A stretch of 64,000 bases of DNA, taken from the IMG/VR virus record IMGVR_UViG_3300025708_000562. One strand, written 5' to 3'. Origin of the DNA: an uncultured virus (IMG/VR IMGVR_UViG_3300025708_000562) (taxonomy: Duplodnaviria; Heunggongvirae; Uroviricota; Caudoviricetes). Position 1 is the stretch's first letter; each line of letters starts with the position of its first letter. Below the pieces are notes generated by a model. The model made no database searches, was not told the DNA's origin, and was given only the letters and a program-made list of their open reading frames with translations. Both the position numbers and the translations under genes were made by a program. Positions 28,207-35,618 of the stretch are shown here, piece after piece.

Positions 28207-28863
28207 TTAACTCCTTAGCGCTTCAGGGGTTTCAATCGACTGTATCGAGCCGAGCCTGCCGTTGCGATATACGGCATAATCGAATGGCGCGCATACATAA
28301 GGGTCAAGGTCTATGCACGTATTAAGCGTGGCGATAAGTTGCTCAACGGGATCGGAGGTAAAGTGCTGTGCGGTTTTGATTGAGGGGTAAACGATGCGCT
28401 CGGAGGACCCAATAGCCCCACAGTCGCCCATATCCATGATGGAGCGCTTGTTGCATACGTTATAGATCCCGCCATTGTAGACAATCAGCATTGACCCCAT
28501 GATCATGGGCCACTCTGCGGTTAGATCGCCTTCAGCCTCGCCATTCATCCCGTAGTTGAGCTCGCGGTGTGTGGCCAATAGATCTGGCAGGAATTTAGTC
28601 GCCAAGCGGGCCTCAAATTCGTCCCGAGAGTCGTTGTCGTCTTCCGCGCGATCGAAGCTCCAGTTTTTAGAGCGCAAGATGGTGTTGATCACGATAGTCC
28701 CGGCGGCCATTGCGACAACGTCCGCACCGTTACGCTCTCCCAGCGGAATTATTTTGGGCAATGCGCTCTTGAAGCGATATCCAACGCCTTCATCGGTTAT
28801 CATGCGGTCGGTCAGTAGATGCACATCTTCACCGTGTCTAAAGGCCATGCACAGAGTCGCCAT
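28207..28863 (-). CDS. Ntn-hydrolase, proteasome beta-subunit/HslV-like peptidase
   Basis: N-terminal (MA)TLC, D...T, PKI, AG, AIGS and D...C.P pattern; has its own promoter. Confidence 0.65.
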   Translation of the reverse strand: MATLCMAFRHGEDVHLLTDRMITDEGVGYRFKSALPKIIPLGERNGADVVAMAAGTIVINTILRSKNWSFDRAEDDNDSRDEFEARLATKFLPDLLATHRELNYGMNGEAEGDLTAEWPMIMGSMLIVYNGGIYNVCNKRSIMDMGDCGAIGSSERIVYPSIKTAQHFTSDPVEQLIATLNTCIDLDPYVCAPFDYAVYRNGRLGSIQSIETPEALRS

Positions 28864-28888
28864 CGTCTAGCCTCCTTAGGTGTACTAA

Positions 28889-28917
28889 AAGATAGTGCAT
28901 AGCGCAGAGCGTGTCAA
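28889..28917 (-). promoter_or_regulatory. Sigma70-like promoter of the Ntn-hydrolase unit
   Basis: TTGACA-17 nt-TATCTT on the minus strand. Confidence 0.55.
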
Positions 28918-28920
28918 GTG

Positions 28921-28950
28921 TAAAAAGAGGGGGCGCCAACCCCCTCTTTC
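28921..28950 (-). terminator. Intrinsic terminator
   Basis: AAAGAGGGGG-loop-CCCCCTCTTTTT on the minus strand. Confidence 0.7.
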
Positions 28951-28957
28951 TCACAGA

Positions 28958-29116
28958 CTAGTACAGGGGGCCGTACTCCCCCGTAATCACTCCGTACCAG
29001 TCTGTGAGGGCCAGGGCCAGGAACAAGATGGTCCCGACCCAGATGATTGCGCCCCGTATGATCCGCCACTTGACGGACCCCAGGGCGCGGATTTCGAGAT
29101 CGTCCCACCACTTCAT
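28958..29116 (-). CDS. 52-aa single-pass membrane peptide (absent from the ORF track)
   Basis: AAAGGAGG SD; MKWWDDLEIRALGSVKWRIIRGAIIWVGTILFLALALTDWYGVITGEYGPLY*; followed by a terminator. Confidence 0.65.
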   Translation of the reverse strand: MKWWDDLEIRALGSVKWRIIRGAIIWVGTILFLALALTDWYGVITGEYGPLY

Positions 29117-29198
29117 AGACGACCTCCTTTCCTCGCTTCATCTATAACGTATTGCAATGCCCCGATGGGTGTTTTCTTGTTTAACTTGAGCTCGCGCC

Positions 29199-29774
29199 TC
29201 ATTGTAGCCTCCTTCGTCTGATTGAGTTGAAGTTTTCCGGCCGCGTGGCCATGATCTCCTCAATGCGCGAGAGTGGTATCGGTTGCGGAGAGTATGCATC
29301 TACTATCTTGCCCTCACGCGCGGCGTAATCGTTCAGGCCGCCATGGCTGTGACCATGTATATGCCATGATCCGTAATGCGATAGCGGCCACACCTTGTGA
29401 CAGTGATGTGCCACGAAGATGTGGGTGTTTATTGCCTTATGATACAGCATGAAGGTGTCGCAGATCGCGCCGAAGCGGTCGCGGCACTGCAGCGCGGTTT
29501 CATCATGCGATCCCTCGGCGAGTAGTATTGTCCCATTGAGCCGCTCGAGGATCTCTCTCAATCGCCGAGTGGTGCAATGCAGGGATACGTCTCCGGCATG
29601 CATCACGACGCCGTCGGGGGGCACTACTTCATTCCACGCGCGGATCATATTCTCCGTGCGTCCGAGTATTGCCGCCGCTGAATAGTCCATCCCGGCGCGT
29701 CTCAGCACGCCGGGATCCTCGAAATGAGTGTCAGCTATGAAGAACCACGGCCCATCTATACGTCGTTTGATCAT
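29199..29774 (-). CDS. Calcineurin-like metallophosphoesterase
   Basis: ADTHF, WN..V, GD, GSHD, HGHSH. Confidence 0.85.
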   Translation of the reverse strand: MIKRRIDGPWFFIADTHFEDPGVLRRAGMDYSAAAILGRTENMIRAWNEVVPPDGVVMHAGDVSLHCTTRRLREILERLNGTILLAEGSHDETALQCRDRFGAICDTFMLYHKAINTHIFVAHHCHKVWPLSHYGSWHIHGHSHGGLNDYAAREGKIVDAYSPQPIPLSRIEEIMATRPENFNSIRRRRLQ

Positions 29775-29968
29775 AGCACTCCTTTGTCGTCATGCTTTAG
29801 CTGACGATAATAGTCGCATCCGTCGCATTTTTCGCCATCCAGTATTTGAAATGCAGCGCACGGATCGCAATTGGGATATGCATCGTAATGCAGCCCCGTA
29901 CGCGGACAGATGCGATCATCTGGCCCATCAGGCGGCTGAAACTTATGCTTCGGCGGGTTGCGTCTCAC
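29771..29968 (-). CDS. Small Cys-rich hypothetical protein
   Basis: C..C / CDGC motifs; GGAGG SD; overlaps the next start. Confidence 0.5.
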   Translation of the reverse strand: MRRNPPKHKFQPPDGPDDRICPRTGLHYDAYPNCDPCAAFQILDGEKCDGCDYYRQLKHDDKGVL

Positions 29969-29989
29969 GCTCTACCTCCTCAATGTTAC

Positions 29990-30256
29990 TTACAATGGGG
30001 ACGCTTCGGTGGCATCGAGATCGTCTCCCGTATCGTCAAGCCGGAAGAACGCTGGCTCGCTGCCTAGCTCGGTGAGCTTGTTGGCGGCTTGAACGCCGTT
30101 GATCAGAACGGGTGCCCTGAAGACTTCTTTCACCACGTATCCCCTATCCTGAGACTCGCGATAGATCTCGTCTATCGCCATGTCGTGCGGAATGGGCTCC
30201 CCTGATAACACCCTAAATCCAATCAGGGTTTCGTAGAACTTGCGCTCGCTGGCCAT
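29990..30256 (-). CDS. Hypothetical phage protein
   Basis: AAGGAGG SD; C-terminal L...GSEP.FF.LD. Confidence 0.6.
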   Translation of the reverse strand: MASERKFYETLIGFRVLSGEPIPHDMAIDEIYRESQDRGYVVKEVFRAPVLINGVQAANKLTELGSEPAFFRLDDTGDDLDATEASPL

Positions 30257-30271
30257 TACGCCTCCTTGTTG

Positions 30272-30347
30272 TGGTGGGCCGCAGGGGAATCGAACCCCCG
30301 ACCACCGGATTAAAAGTCCGGTGCTCTGCCGACTGAGCTAGCGGCCC
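30272..30347 (-). tRNA. tRNA-Lys(UUU)
   Basis: Cloverleaf GGGCCGC...; anticodon loop CTTTTAA; TTCGA T-loop; encoded CCA. Confidence 0.95.
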
Positions 30348-30348
30348 A

Positions 30349-30434
30349 TGGTGCCCGGAGGGGGACTTGAACCCCCACGGTATTTCTACCAGCGGATTTT
30401 AAATCCACCGCGTTTGCCATTTCGCCATCCGGGC
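30349..30434 (-). tRNA. tRNA-Leu(UAA)
   Basis: Long variable arm; loop TTTAAAA; encoded CCA. Confidence 0.93.
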
Positions 30435-30443
30435 GATTGTTGC

Positions 30444-30529
30444 TGGTGCCGGAGGAGGGAGTCGAACCCTCACGCCCTTTCGGACAGTGGATTTTGAGTC
30501 CACCGCGTCTGCCATTCCGCCACTCCGGC
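30444..30529 (-). tRNA. tRNA-Leu(CAA)
   Basis: Long variable arm; loop CTCAAAA; encoded CCA. Confidence 0.95.
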
Positions 30530-30531
30530 TC

Positions 30532-30750
30532 TTATGCTGGATCCACGAATGTAACATACTCGTCGATATTAAGGCCCTTAACAAGTTCCTCGAAACCCAC
30601 GCCGTGCGGCAGCTCTACCTGCTCGCCGGTTTCTTTAAGGTTGTCAATATCAATCACGCAAACGCGCGTCGCCCCGGGCTGGCTCTCAAAAACCTCCGCC
30701 ACGCCACCCAGCACGTGTACCAGGACGATAGGCTTATCGTTGTGTCCCAT
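30532..30750 (-). CDS. Hypothetical protein
   Basis: V.V.GGVA....IDIDN pattern; SD present. Confidence 0.6.
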   Translation of the reverse strand: MGHNDKPIVLVHVLGGVAEVFESQPGATRVCVIDIDNLKETGEQVELPHGVGFEELVKGLNIDEYVTFVDPA

Positions 30751-30785
30751 GATGCCCCCTTAAATTAGCGTTCCGTCCACGATGT

Positions 30786-31157
30786 TTATAACGCAATATC
30801 GGTATTGTTGGGCCGGTTGTCCGTGCCTGCCTTGCGCAGGGTGTATGCGGCCAATACCATACAATGCCATGCCGCGGATATCACGTGCAGGGAACGGCTT
30901 TCGGGATCTACGTCTTCTCCACGCCAAAACTCGTTCAGGTGCCTCAGCGCGGCATCGTAGGATAGGGACCATTTATACCCCTTCTCCCAATTGCGCTCTT
31001 CGTATTTGGGCCCGATATCGGCTCCATTGCCGCCGCACTTGCCGTAATGCTCCGCCAACTCCCACAGTGCATCTGCTGGGATAAGATCGAAGCGCGCCAG
31101 CTTGGTGCCCTTAGCCGCACCAGTGACGGGATCAACTATCATGCGTTCGTCAGACAC
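30786..31157 (-). CDS. dATP/dGTP diphosphohydrolase-like protein (DUF5664 type)
   Basis: K..RFDLIP, KY..RNWEKG, ALRHL, GED.DPES...H...AW. Confidence 0.8.
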   Translation of the reverse strand: MSDERMIVDPVTGAAKGTKLARFDLIPADALWELAEHYGKCGGNGADIGPKYEERNWEKGYKWSLSYDAALRHLNEFWRGEDVDPESRSLHVISAAWHCMVLAAYTLRKAGTDNRPNNTDIAL

Positions 31158-31199
31158 ACCCTGCCTCCTTCGTGGTCGTTGTGGGAAGCATAAAAAAAT

Positions 31200-31640
31200 A
31201 CGCAGGCCGCGTCAATAGTAGAGATAAACTGGCGGCCGCCCCGTTGCGACCGCCAGTCTGCACACCCAATTTTGACGCAGTTTTAGCCCTATCGGCTTGT
31301 TCGGATATCCATGGCTGTCGCCTCCCCCGGCATTCCATATTCCATTGAACATTGCGCCCTAGGGCGCGGTGGACCAAAGCCTTTAGCTCTCCGGATAGTC
31401 AACCGGACTCAGCGTGCCGATCGCGACTCGGCTATGACATCCTTGCATTAGCTTGGCGAGCGTCACCCCGCCTCACCGCGTCAACCCACCCCAGCCTTGG
31501 CCTTTCTGGCGGCATGATAACGGGGGTTGTTAGGATGGTTGTATCGCCAGTGTTTCCATCCACTTTAGCAATTTGTGGGTCTCCAGGCAGGTCGCGTAGG
31601 CGACCCACCAGCTTCCCCACCTACGCTGAGTCGATTAGTC
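31200..31640 (-). ncRNA. Candidate large structured non-coding RNA
   Basis: No credible ORF; perfect 10-bp inverted repeat 31406-31415 / 31623-31632; many internal hairpins; 3' hairpin plus U-tract. Confidence 0.45.
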
Positions 31641-31644
31641 GGAT

Positions 31645-31998
31645 TTATTCGCGCTTAAGCGCGTCGAGCTTGTGGATAATGATGAAGGGGATGGATAGGA
31701 TCTCGACTATGATCTTCCACGCCACCGGACCCAGGATCAGATTTATGAGCCCGTACAGAATGCATCCTATCCAGGCCGAGGTGCTGACGTATTCTCCGCC
31801 AACCGAACACCCGGTGTTGGAGAAGGCCAGGACGACGCCGAGGCCTATCATGAGCACCCCGGCGAGTACTGACAGGGTTGTACCTGCAGCCCACAGGACC
31901 TTGATGATGACAGGTGTCACCAAGCTGTCGAACGAAAACCATTTCCTTAGCCAACGCATCATGTGCCTCCTTCGTTTGTTTAGTCTCACGCCCGGCAC
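31645..31998 (-). CDS. DUF4282-like membrane protein
   Basis: FSFD.LVTP.IIK.LW...two TM...RI/KI..E....F.I; start probably near 31963. Confidence 0.65.
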   Translation of the reverse strand: MPGVRLNKRRRHMMRWLRKWFSFDSLVTPVIIKVLWAAGTTLSVLAGVLMIGLGVVLAFSNTGCSVGGEYVSTSAWIGCILYGLINLILGPVAWKIIVEILSIPFIIIHKLDALKRE

Positions 31999-32105
31999 GC
32001 TACCTCCGGGTAGATGGGTTCAGTTGCTTTAGATCATGTGAGACACCCACCAGGTGTACAAACGTCCTGCGTGTACGCGACTTTCCACGCCTTCGTGAGA
32101 CTGGG

Positions 32106-32342
32106 TTATGATCTATTGACGTACGCCTCGAGCACTTTTCGGACGAGCTCTTCTCCGCCATCGCCATAGCGATGGGATATGTCACCAGCGAACACCTCCG
32201 TGGTGCCCGGCTTGTACAACTCGAAATGATAACTCAATTCATCATCGTCTGCAGGAAACCGAGGCGCATTCCTGTCGCGCACGATATAAACATGCGAGAT
32301 CAACACGCCATTGATTTTCAGGTCTGCTGTTAGCATTACCAC
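32106..32342 (-). CDS. Hypothetical protein
   Basis: 78 aa; H.Y.DG...LV.K.L C-terminus. Confidence 0.55.
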   Translation of the reverse strand: MVMLTADLKINGVLISHVYIVRDRNAPRFPADDDELSYHFELYKPGTTEVFAGDISHRYGDGGEELVRKVLEAYVNRS

Positions 32343-32433
32343 CCCTTCGATGAAAGGGGTGGGGGCCCACCTTTTGCGGCACCCATGCCGGGGTCGATCT
32401 TCCCGTTTGGGTATTAGCAGGCCCCCACGCTGA

Positions 32434-32520
32434 TGGTGCTAGCGGCGGGAGTTGAACCCGCATATCCGTTGGGACACTAGCTCCTAAGGCTAGCGCGTAT
32501 GCCAATTCCGCCACGCTAGC
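32434..32520 (-). tRNA. tRNA-Leu(UAG)
   Basis: GCTAGCG acceptor stem; loop CTTAGGA; long variable arm; CCA. Confidence 0.93.
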
Positions 32521-32532
32521 AAATGGATTTTG

Positions 32533-32643
32533 TGCGGCGCTCCGATTTGAACGGAGTTCCCCAATTCCGCGCACGGCTGCCATGGGGCGGGGACCCCTCA
32601 GTTTGCCGTACTCTCCCGTGGACCACCTGTCCATACCGCCGCA
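32533..32643 (-). ncRNA. tRNA-like RNA with elongated anticodon-arm region
   Basis: Acceptor TGCGGCG/CGCCGCA; D-like TGGAC/GTCCA; T arm CTCCG-TTCAAAT-CGGAG; about 60-nt central insert; no adjacent CCA. Confidence 0.6.
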
Positions 32644-32652
32644 ATTGATCAC

Positions 32653-32729
32653 TGGTCGGGGCGAGAGGATTTGAACCTCCGGCGTCTTGCTCCCAAAGCA
32701 AGTGCGCTACCGGGCTGCGCTACGCCCCG
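32653..32729 (-). tRNA. tRNA-Pro(UGG)
   Basis: CGGGGCG acceptor; loop TTTGGGA; CCA. Confidence 0.95.
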
Positions 32730-32983
32730 CAAACGACCGACACTGGCCGCACTCCGGTGAATACGGCCGGGCTCGAATGGGAGGACATGGGGGGTACTCT
32801 CCGTACCAGCGTCTAGCCGCAGCCTACTGCGCCATCTCCCGGTGCCACAATTTTGGCTCCTACAGATGTCTCGGCTTATAGGGTAGCCTGTAACGTTCAC
32901 ACCCCAGGATCCGATTCGCCAGCGCCCACTTACTCCTGGAGAGACCGGATTGGCGCCTCCCTGTGTCGCTGCCGGACTTAAGA

Positions 32984-33297
32984 TGGTGGAGCGCGGGGGA
33001 GTTGAACCCCCGTCCAGCCCGTTGCTCTGACGGCTTTCTACATGCTTAGGTGTGGCTCTTCGCCATCCCACACGAGCTCTATTTACGGGTGAGCTCTGTT
33101 CCCATCTCGGACGCTCGGACATCCTCTCCGCATTAACGTCCATCCCCCGCCTTGAGAGGACCGGGCTTGAGGGCGGACGGCGGACTAAGCCGCTAGTCTC
33201 TCTGCGCCAATTACTTGGCTTGCCTGTTTTTTACATCCACCAGGCTGGATGGCATGCTTGACCGTTTTGCACACGTCTGTCGATTCCCGTGCGCCCC
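32984..33297 (-). ncRNA. ssrA: tmRNA (SsrA)
   Basis: 5' GGGGCGC...TCGAC and 3' GGGGGTTCAACTCCCCC GCGCTCCACCA with G3:U70; tag ORF 33185-33208 encodes GAERLAA*; upstream TTGACA-16-CATAAT. Confidence 0.92.
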
Positions 33298-33376
33298 ATG
33301 ATATTATGAGTAGACACGCTGGCGTGTCAACACCCAGCGATTGCTCCGCATTGTTTATACCCCAGATTCGTGAGTT

Positions 33377-33778
33377 TTAGTCATGCACAAATTCCACCTC
33401 TTCCCCTATATAGCGTGCAGCGTTGACCAGCATCGTTACGCACTGGCGGTGGATAGAGATTGCGGCCGCGTGGTCTGCCGGACACACTGCCCAGTCGTTG
33501 TCGCGACTATTATCTGCCCCCCTAAGCCACACATATGCCATAAGCCCGCCATGGTCGCAGAAAGAGCCACCAACGTCCGGAAAGTTACTGCTGCCCACAA
33601 AGCCGCCGCAGCGCTGAGCATGGTCTTTGTGGCATCCAAGACAGCGTGGTGTTTTAAAGAACAGCTGATTATCGCGGATGTAGTTCAAACACCACGCAGG
33701 AGATTGGTGACAAACGCGCATCTTGATGCAATCTCGGCCATACCTATCGTTCCCCATTTTGAACACTACTCTCAGCAT
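33377..33778 (-). CDS. Paralogous family protein
   Basis: VWLRG; C-terminal RQCVTMLVNAAR..G..VEF. Confidence 0.65.
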   Translation of the reverse strand: MLRVVFKMGNDRYGRDCIKMRVCHQSPAWCLNYIRDNQLFFKTPRCLGCHKDHAQRCGGFVGSSNFPDVGGSFCDHGGLMAYVWLRGADNSRDNDWAVCPADHAAAISIHRQCVTMLVNAARYIGEEVEFVHD

Positions 33779-34161
33779 GTTACCTCCACATTCAGATCCA
33801 GGCGGCGGCCTACGGCCACAAGCGCAGTTACAATAGAGCGTTGCACTTGAATCGCTTCGGAGTGGTTCAAGCCCCCACGCACTGATGGCTCAAAGTCAAA
33901 TCCCGAATGATTGCCTCGCAGAAATAGCCACACACGTAAAGAGTCGCTCGTCCCTGATATACGCACTTCTGGCCCGCCAAGGCTTGACACACGAACCTTC
34001 GAGTATCCAAGTGGATATCTGCCTTTTACTTCTACGGCATAGCCCGCACTGTCGTCACATCGCACCCCTACCGGCCATGGCTCGTACCATTCCGTGCTCT
34101 GTTCCCAAACCCGCCACTTTAGCTTGCTATCGTTAACTATTTCTATCTGGCACCTTAACAT
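33772..34161 (-). CDS. Paralogous family protein
   Basis: KL.WRV.EQ..W; LFLRG; QRSIVTALV. Confidence 0.7.
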   Translation of the reverse strand: MLRCQIEIVNDSKLKWRVWEQSTEWYEPWPVGVRCDDSAGYAVEVKGRYPLGYSKVRVSSLGGPEVRISGTSDSLRVWLFLRGNHSGFDFEPSVRGGLNHSEAIQVQRSIVTALVAVGRRLDLNVEVTC

Positions 34162-34162
34162 A

Positions 34163-34504
34163 CTACGCCTCCAAGCTGAATGGGCAGTTAAGAGTGCGCG
34201 CTTGTGCTAAGAGCGCAGTGATGATAACGCGTTGCAGCACAACGACTTCGTAATGATCCGAGAAGTTATCGGCGGGACTGACTGTTACCGAGTCGTCTAG
34301 CGCTTTAGCTTCGCCACGTAGCCATATAGCAACACCTTCGCCAGCGGCATACGACAACGCAGGGCAGATGCTACTACGCACCCACACTGTGCCGTGGGGA
34401 TGAATTGCTAACTTACTATCGGCAAGGGAGTACCAAGCCTCCTCTTGTTCTAATATTTGATACTCTAATTTCCGGGGCTCGATGATGTTGCAGCGTATAC
34501 GCAT
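34163..34504 (-). CDS. Paralogous family protein
   Basis: KL.Y.I.EQ..W; IWLRG; QRVIITALL. Confidence 0.7.
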   Translation of the reverse strand: MRIRCNIIEPRKLEYQILEQEEAWYSLADSKLAIHPHGTVWVRSSICPALSYAAGEGVAIWLRGEAKALDDSVTVSPADNFSDHYEVVVLQRVIITALLAQARTLNCPFSLEA

Positions 34505-34856
34505 TTACGCCTCCAATTCCAGCGGGACGCCCAGCGTGCGGCAATGCGTCAACATGGCTGTGATAATGGCGCGCTGCACCACAATGCAGCGCTCGTGGCT
34601 ATCTAACGCCTCAATCTGCACTCTGTGATCAAGCTCGTCTCGGCCACCCCGCAGGTATATTACGGTATATCGCACGGATCCAGCGCTTATGGCCGGAAAC
34701 TCCCTAGACAGCACCGTAACTCGATGTGGCGATGTCTGCGGGCTAGACGTTGCGACATGAGGCCATGTTGTGCCGCGCCATTCGGGCTCCTGCATTCTTA
34801 CTCCCCAGACCAAGCGACGCCCACCAACCCCCCCTTATCCCGCACAATATTCTCAT
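34505..34856 (-). pseudogene. Paralogous family gene frameshifted at a G7 run (34828-34834)
   Basis: Span is 352 nt (3n+1); removing one G joins MRILCGIRGVGGRRLVWGVRMQEPEW to IYLRG...QRAIITAMLTHCR. Confidence 0.6.
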
Positions 34857-34857
34857 C

Positions 34858-35004
34858 CTAATCGCCTCGCATCAGCTCGGCTATTTCTGCCTTCACTTCC
34901 TTAATCTGCTCGCGGAAGGCTTTGGCAGAGGCCTTCTGGTCCTCCTCGAGAGACAACAGGCGATCGACTAAGACCGCCAGGCGGTCGTCGGTTCCCTCTG
35001 GCAT
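34858..35004 (-). CDS. 48-aa coiled-coil protein, GapR/DUF2312-like
   Basis: MPEGTDDRLAVLVDRLLSLEEDQKASAKAFREQIKEVKAEIAELMRGD*; GGGAGG SD. Confidence 0.45.
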   Translation of the reverse strand: MPEGTDDRLAVLVDRLLSLEEDQKASAKAFREQIKEVKAEIAELMRGD

Positions 35005-35564
35005 TATCTACGCCTCCCTGTCAGTGGTCTATTTGTGCTCGGCGTTGTCGCCGATAGATTGGTGAACGGCCATAGCGGGCTTGCGGCATGTTTCTTGAGG
35101 TTGCGAATAGCTATTGCCGCCCCGAGCATCGCTATCACGGAGCGCCACAATTCAGACCCACAGATTCCATCAAGGCCACACTCGCCAGAAATAGCTTCGG
35201 ACGAGATTATGCGTTCCCGAAGCCTCAAATGCTTACCATATTCTCCATATGCCTTTGCGCTTAGAGGAACTGGGATTTCACGCCCCGTATAACGAATAGC
35301 CGGAACGTAGCTATGCTGTGAGTCAACCCAGACCGTTACCCTCGTAGACCTTATCTCAAAATCAGCTACATTATCTAGTGTTAGCTCACCCAGCATGGCC
35401 TGCGGGCGTGTGTCTCGGTATACCATCCGATATTTTGCCCTACTCGCTATGCGCTGCGAGATGGGCACGGCATCGAACCACTCGCGAAACTTCTCATCGT
35501 GCAGGCTGTCTGCCGATATAACATCCAGGCCGGACACGCCCTTTATCTCAAACGCTATTGGCAT
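35004..35564 (-). CDS. Hypothetical protein
   Basis: 186-aa ORF with SD. Confidence 0.55.
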   Translation of the reverse strand: MPIAFEIKGVSGLDVISADSLHDEKFREWFDAVPISQRIASRAKYRMVYRDTRPQAMLGELTLDNVADFEIRSTRVTVWVDSQHSYVPAIRYTGREIPVPLSAKAYGEYGKHLRLRERIISSEAISGECGLDGICGSELWRSVIAMLGAAIAIRNLKKHAASPLWPFTNLSATTPSTNRPLTGRRR

Positions 35565-35618
35565 GATGCTCCCTTCGGATATAGCCCCCGGGGATTGCTC
35601 CCCGGGGGATGGGTTGTT

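Noticed and set aside
30272..30529. Prophage attachment site or integrase at the tRNAs
   Set aside because: No integrase, no duplicated tRNA 3' end and no host-like flank; phage genes continue on both sides
31200..31640. RNase P RNA or group I intron
   Set aside because: The RNase P GAGGAAAGUCC consensus was not found, and there is no interrupted gene or convincing P/Q/R/S set
32242..33143. ORFs 32242-32652 and 32649-33143, and also 30399-30584
   Set aside because: They overlap tRNA or tmRNA genes and are spurious
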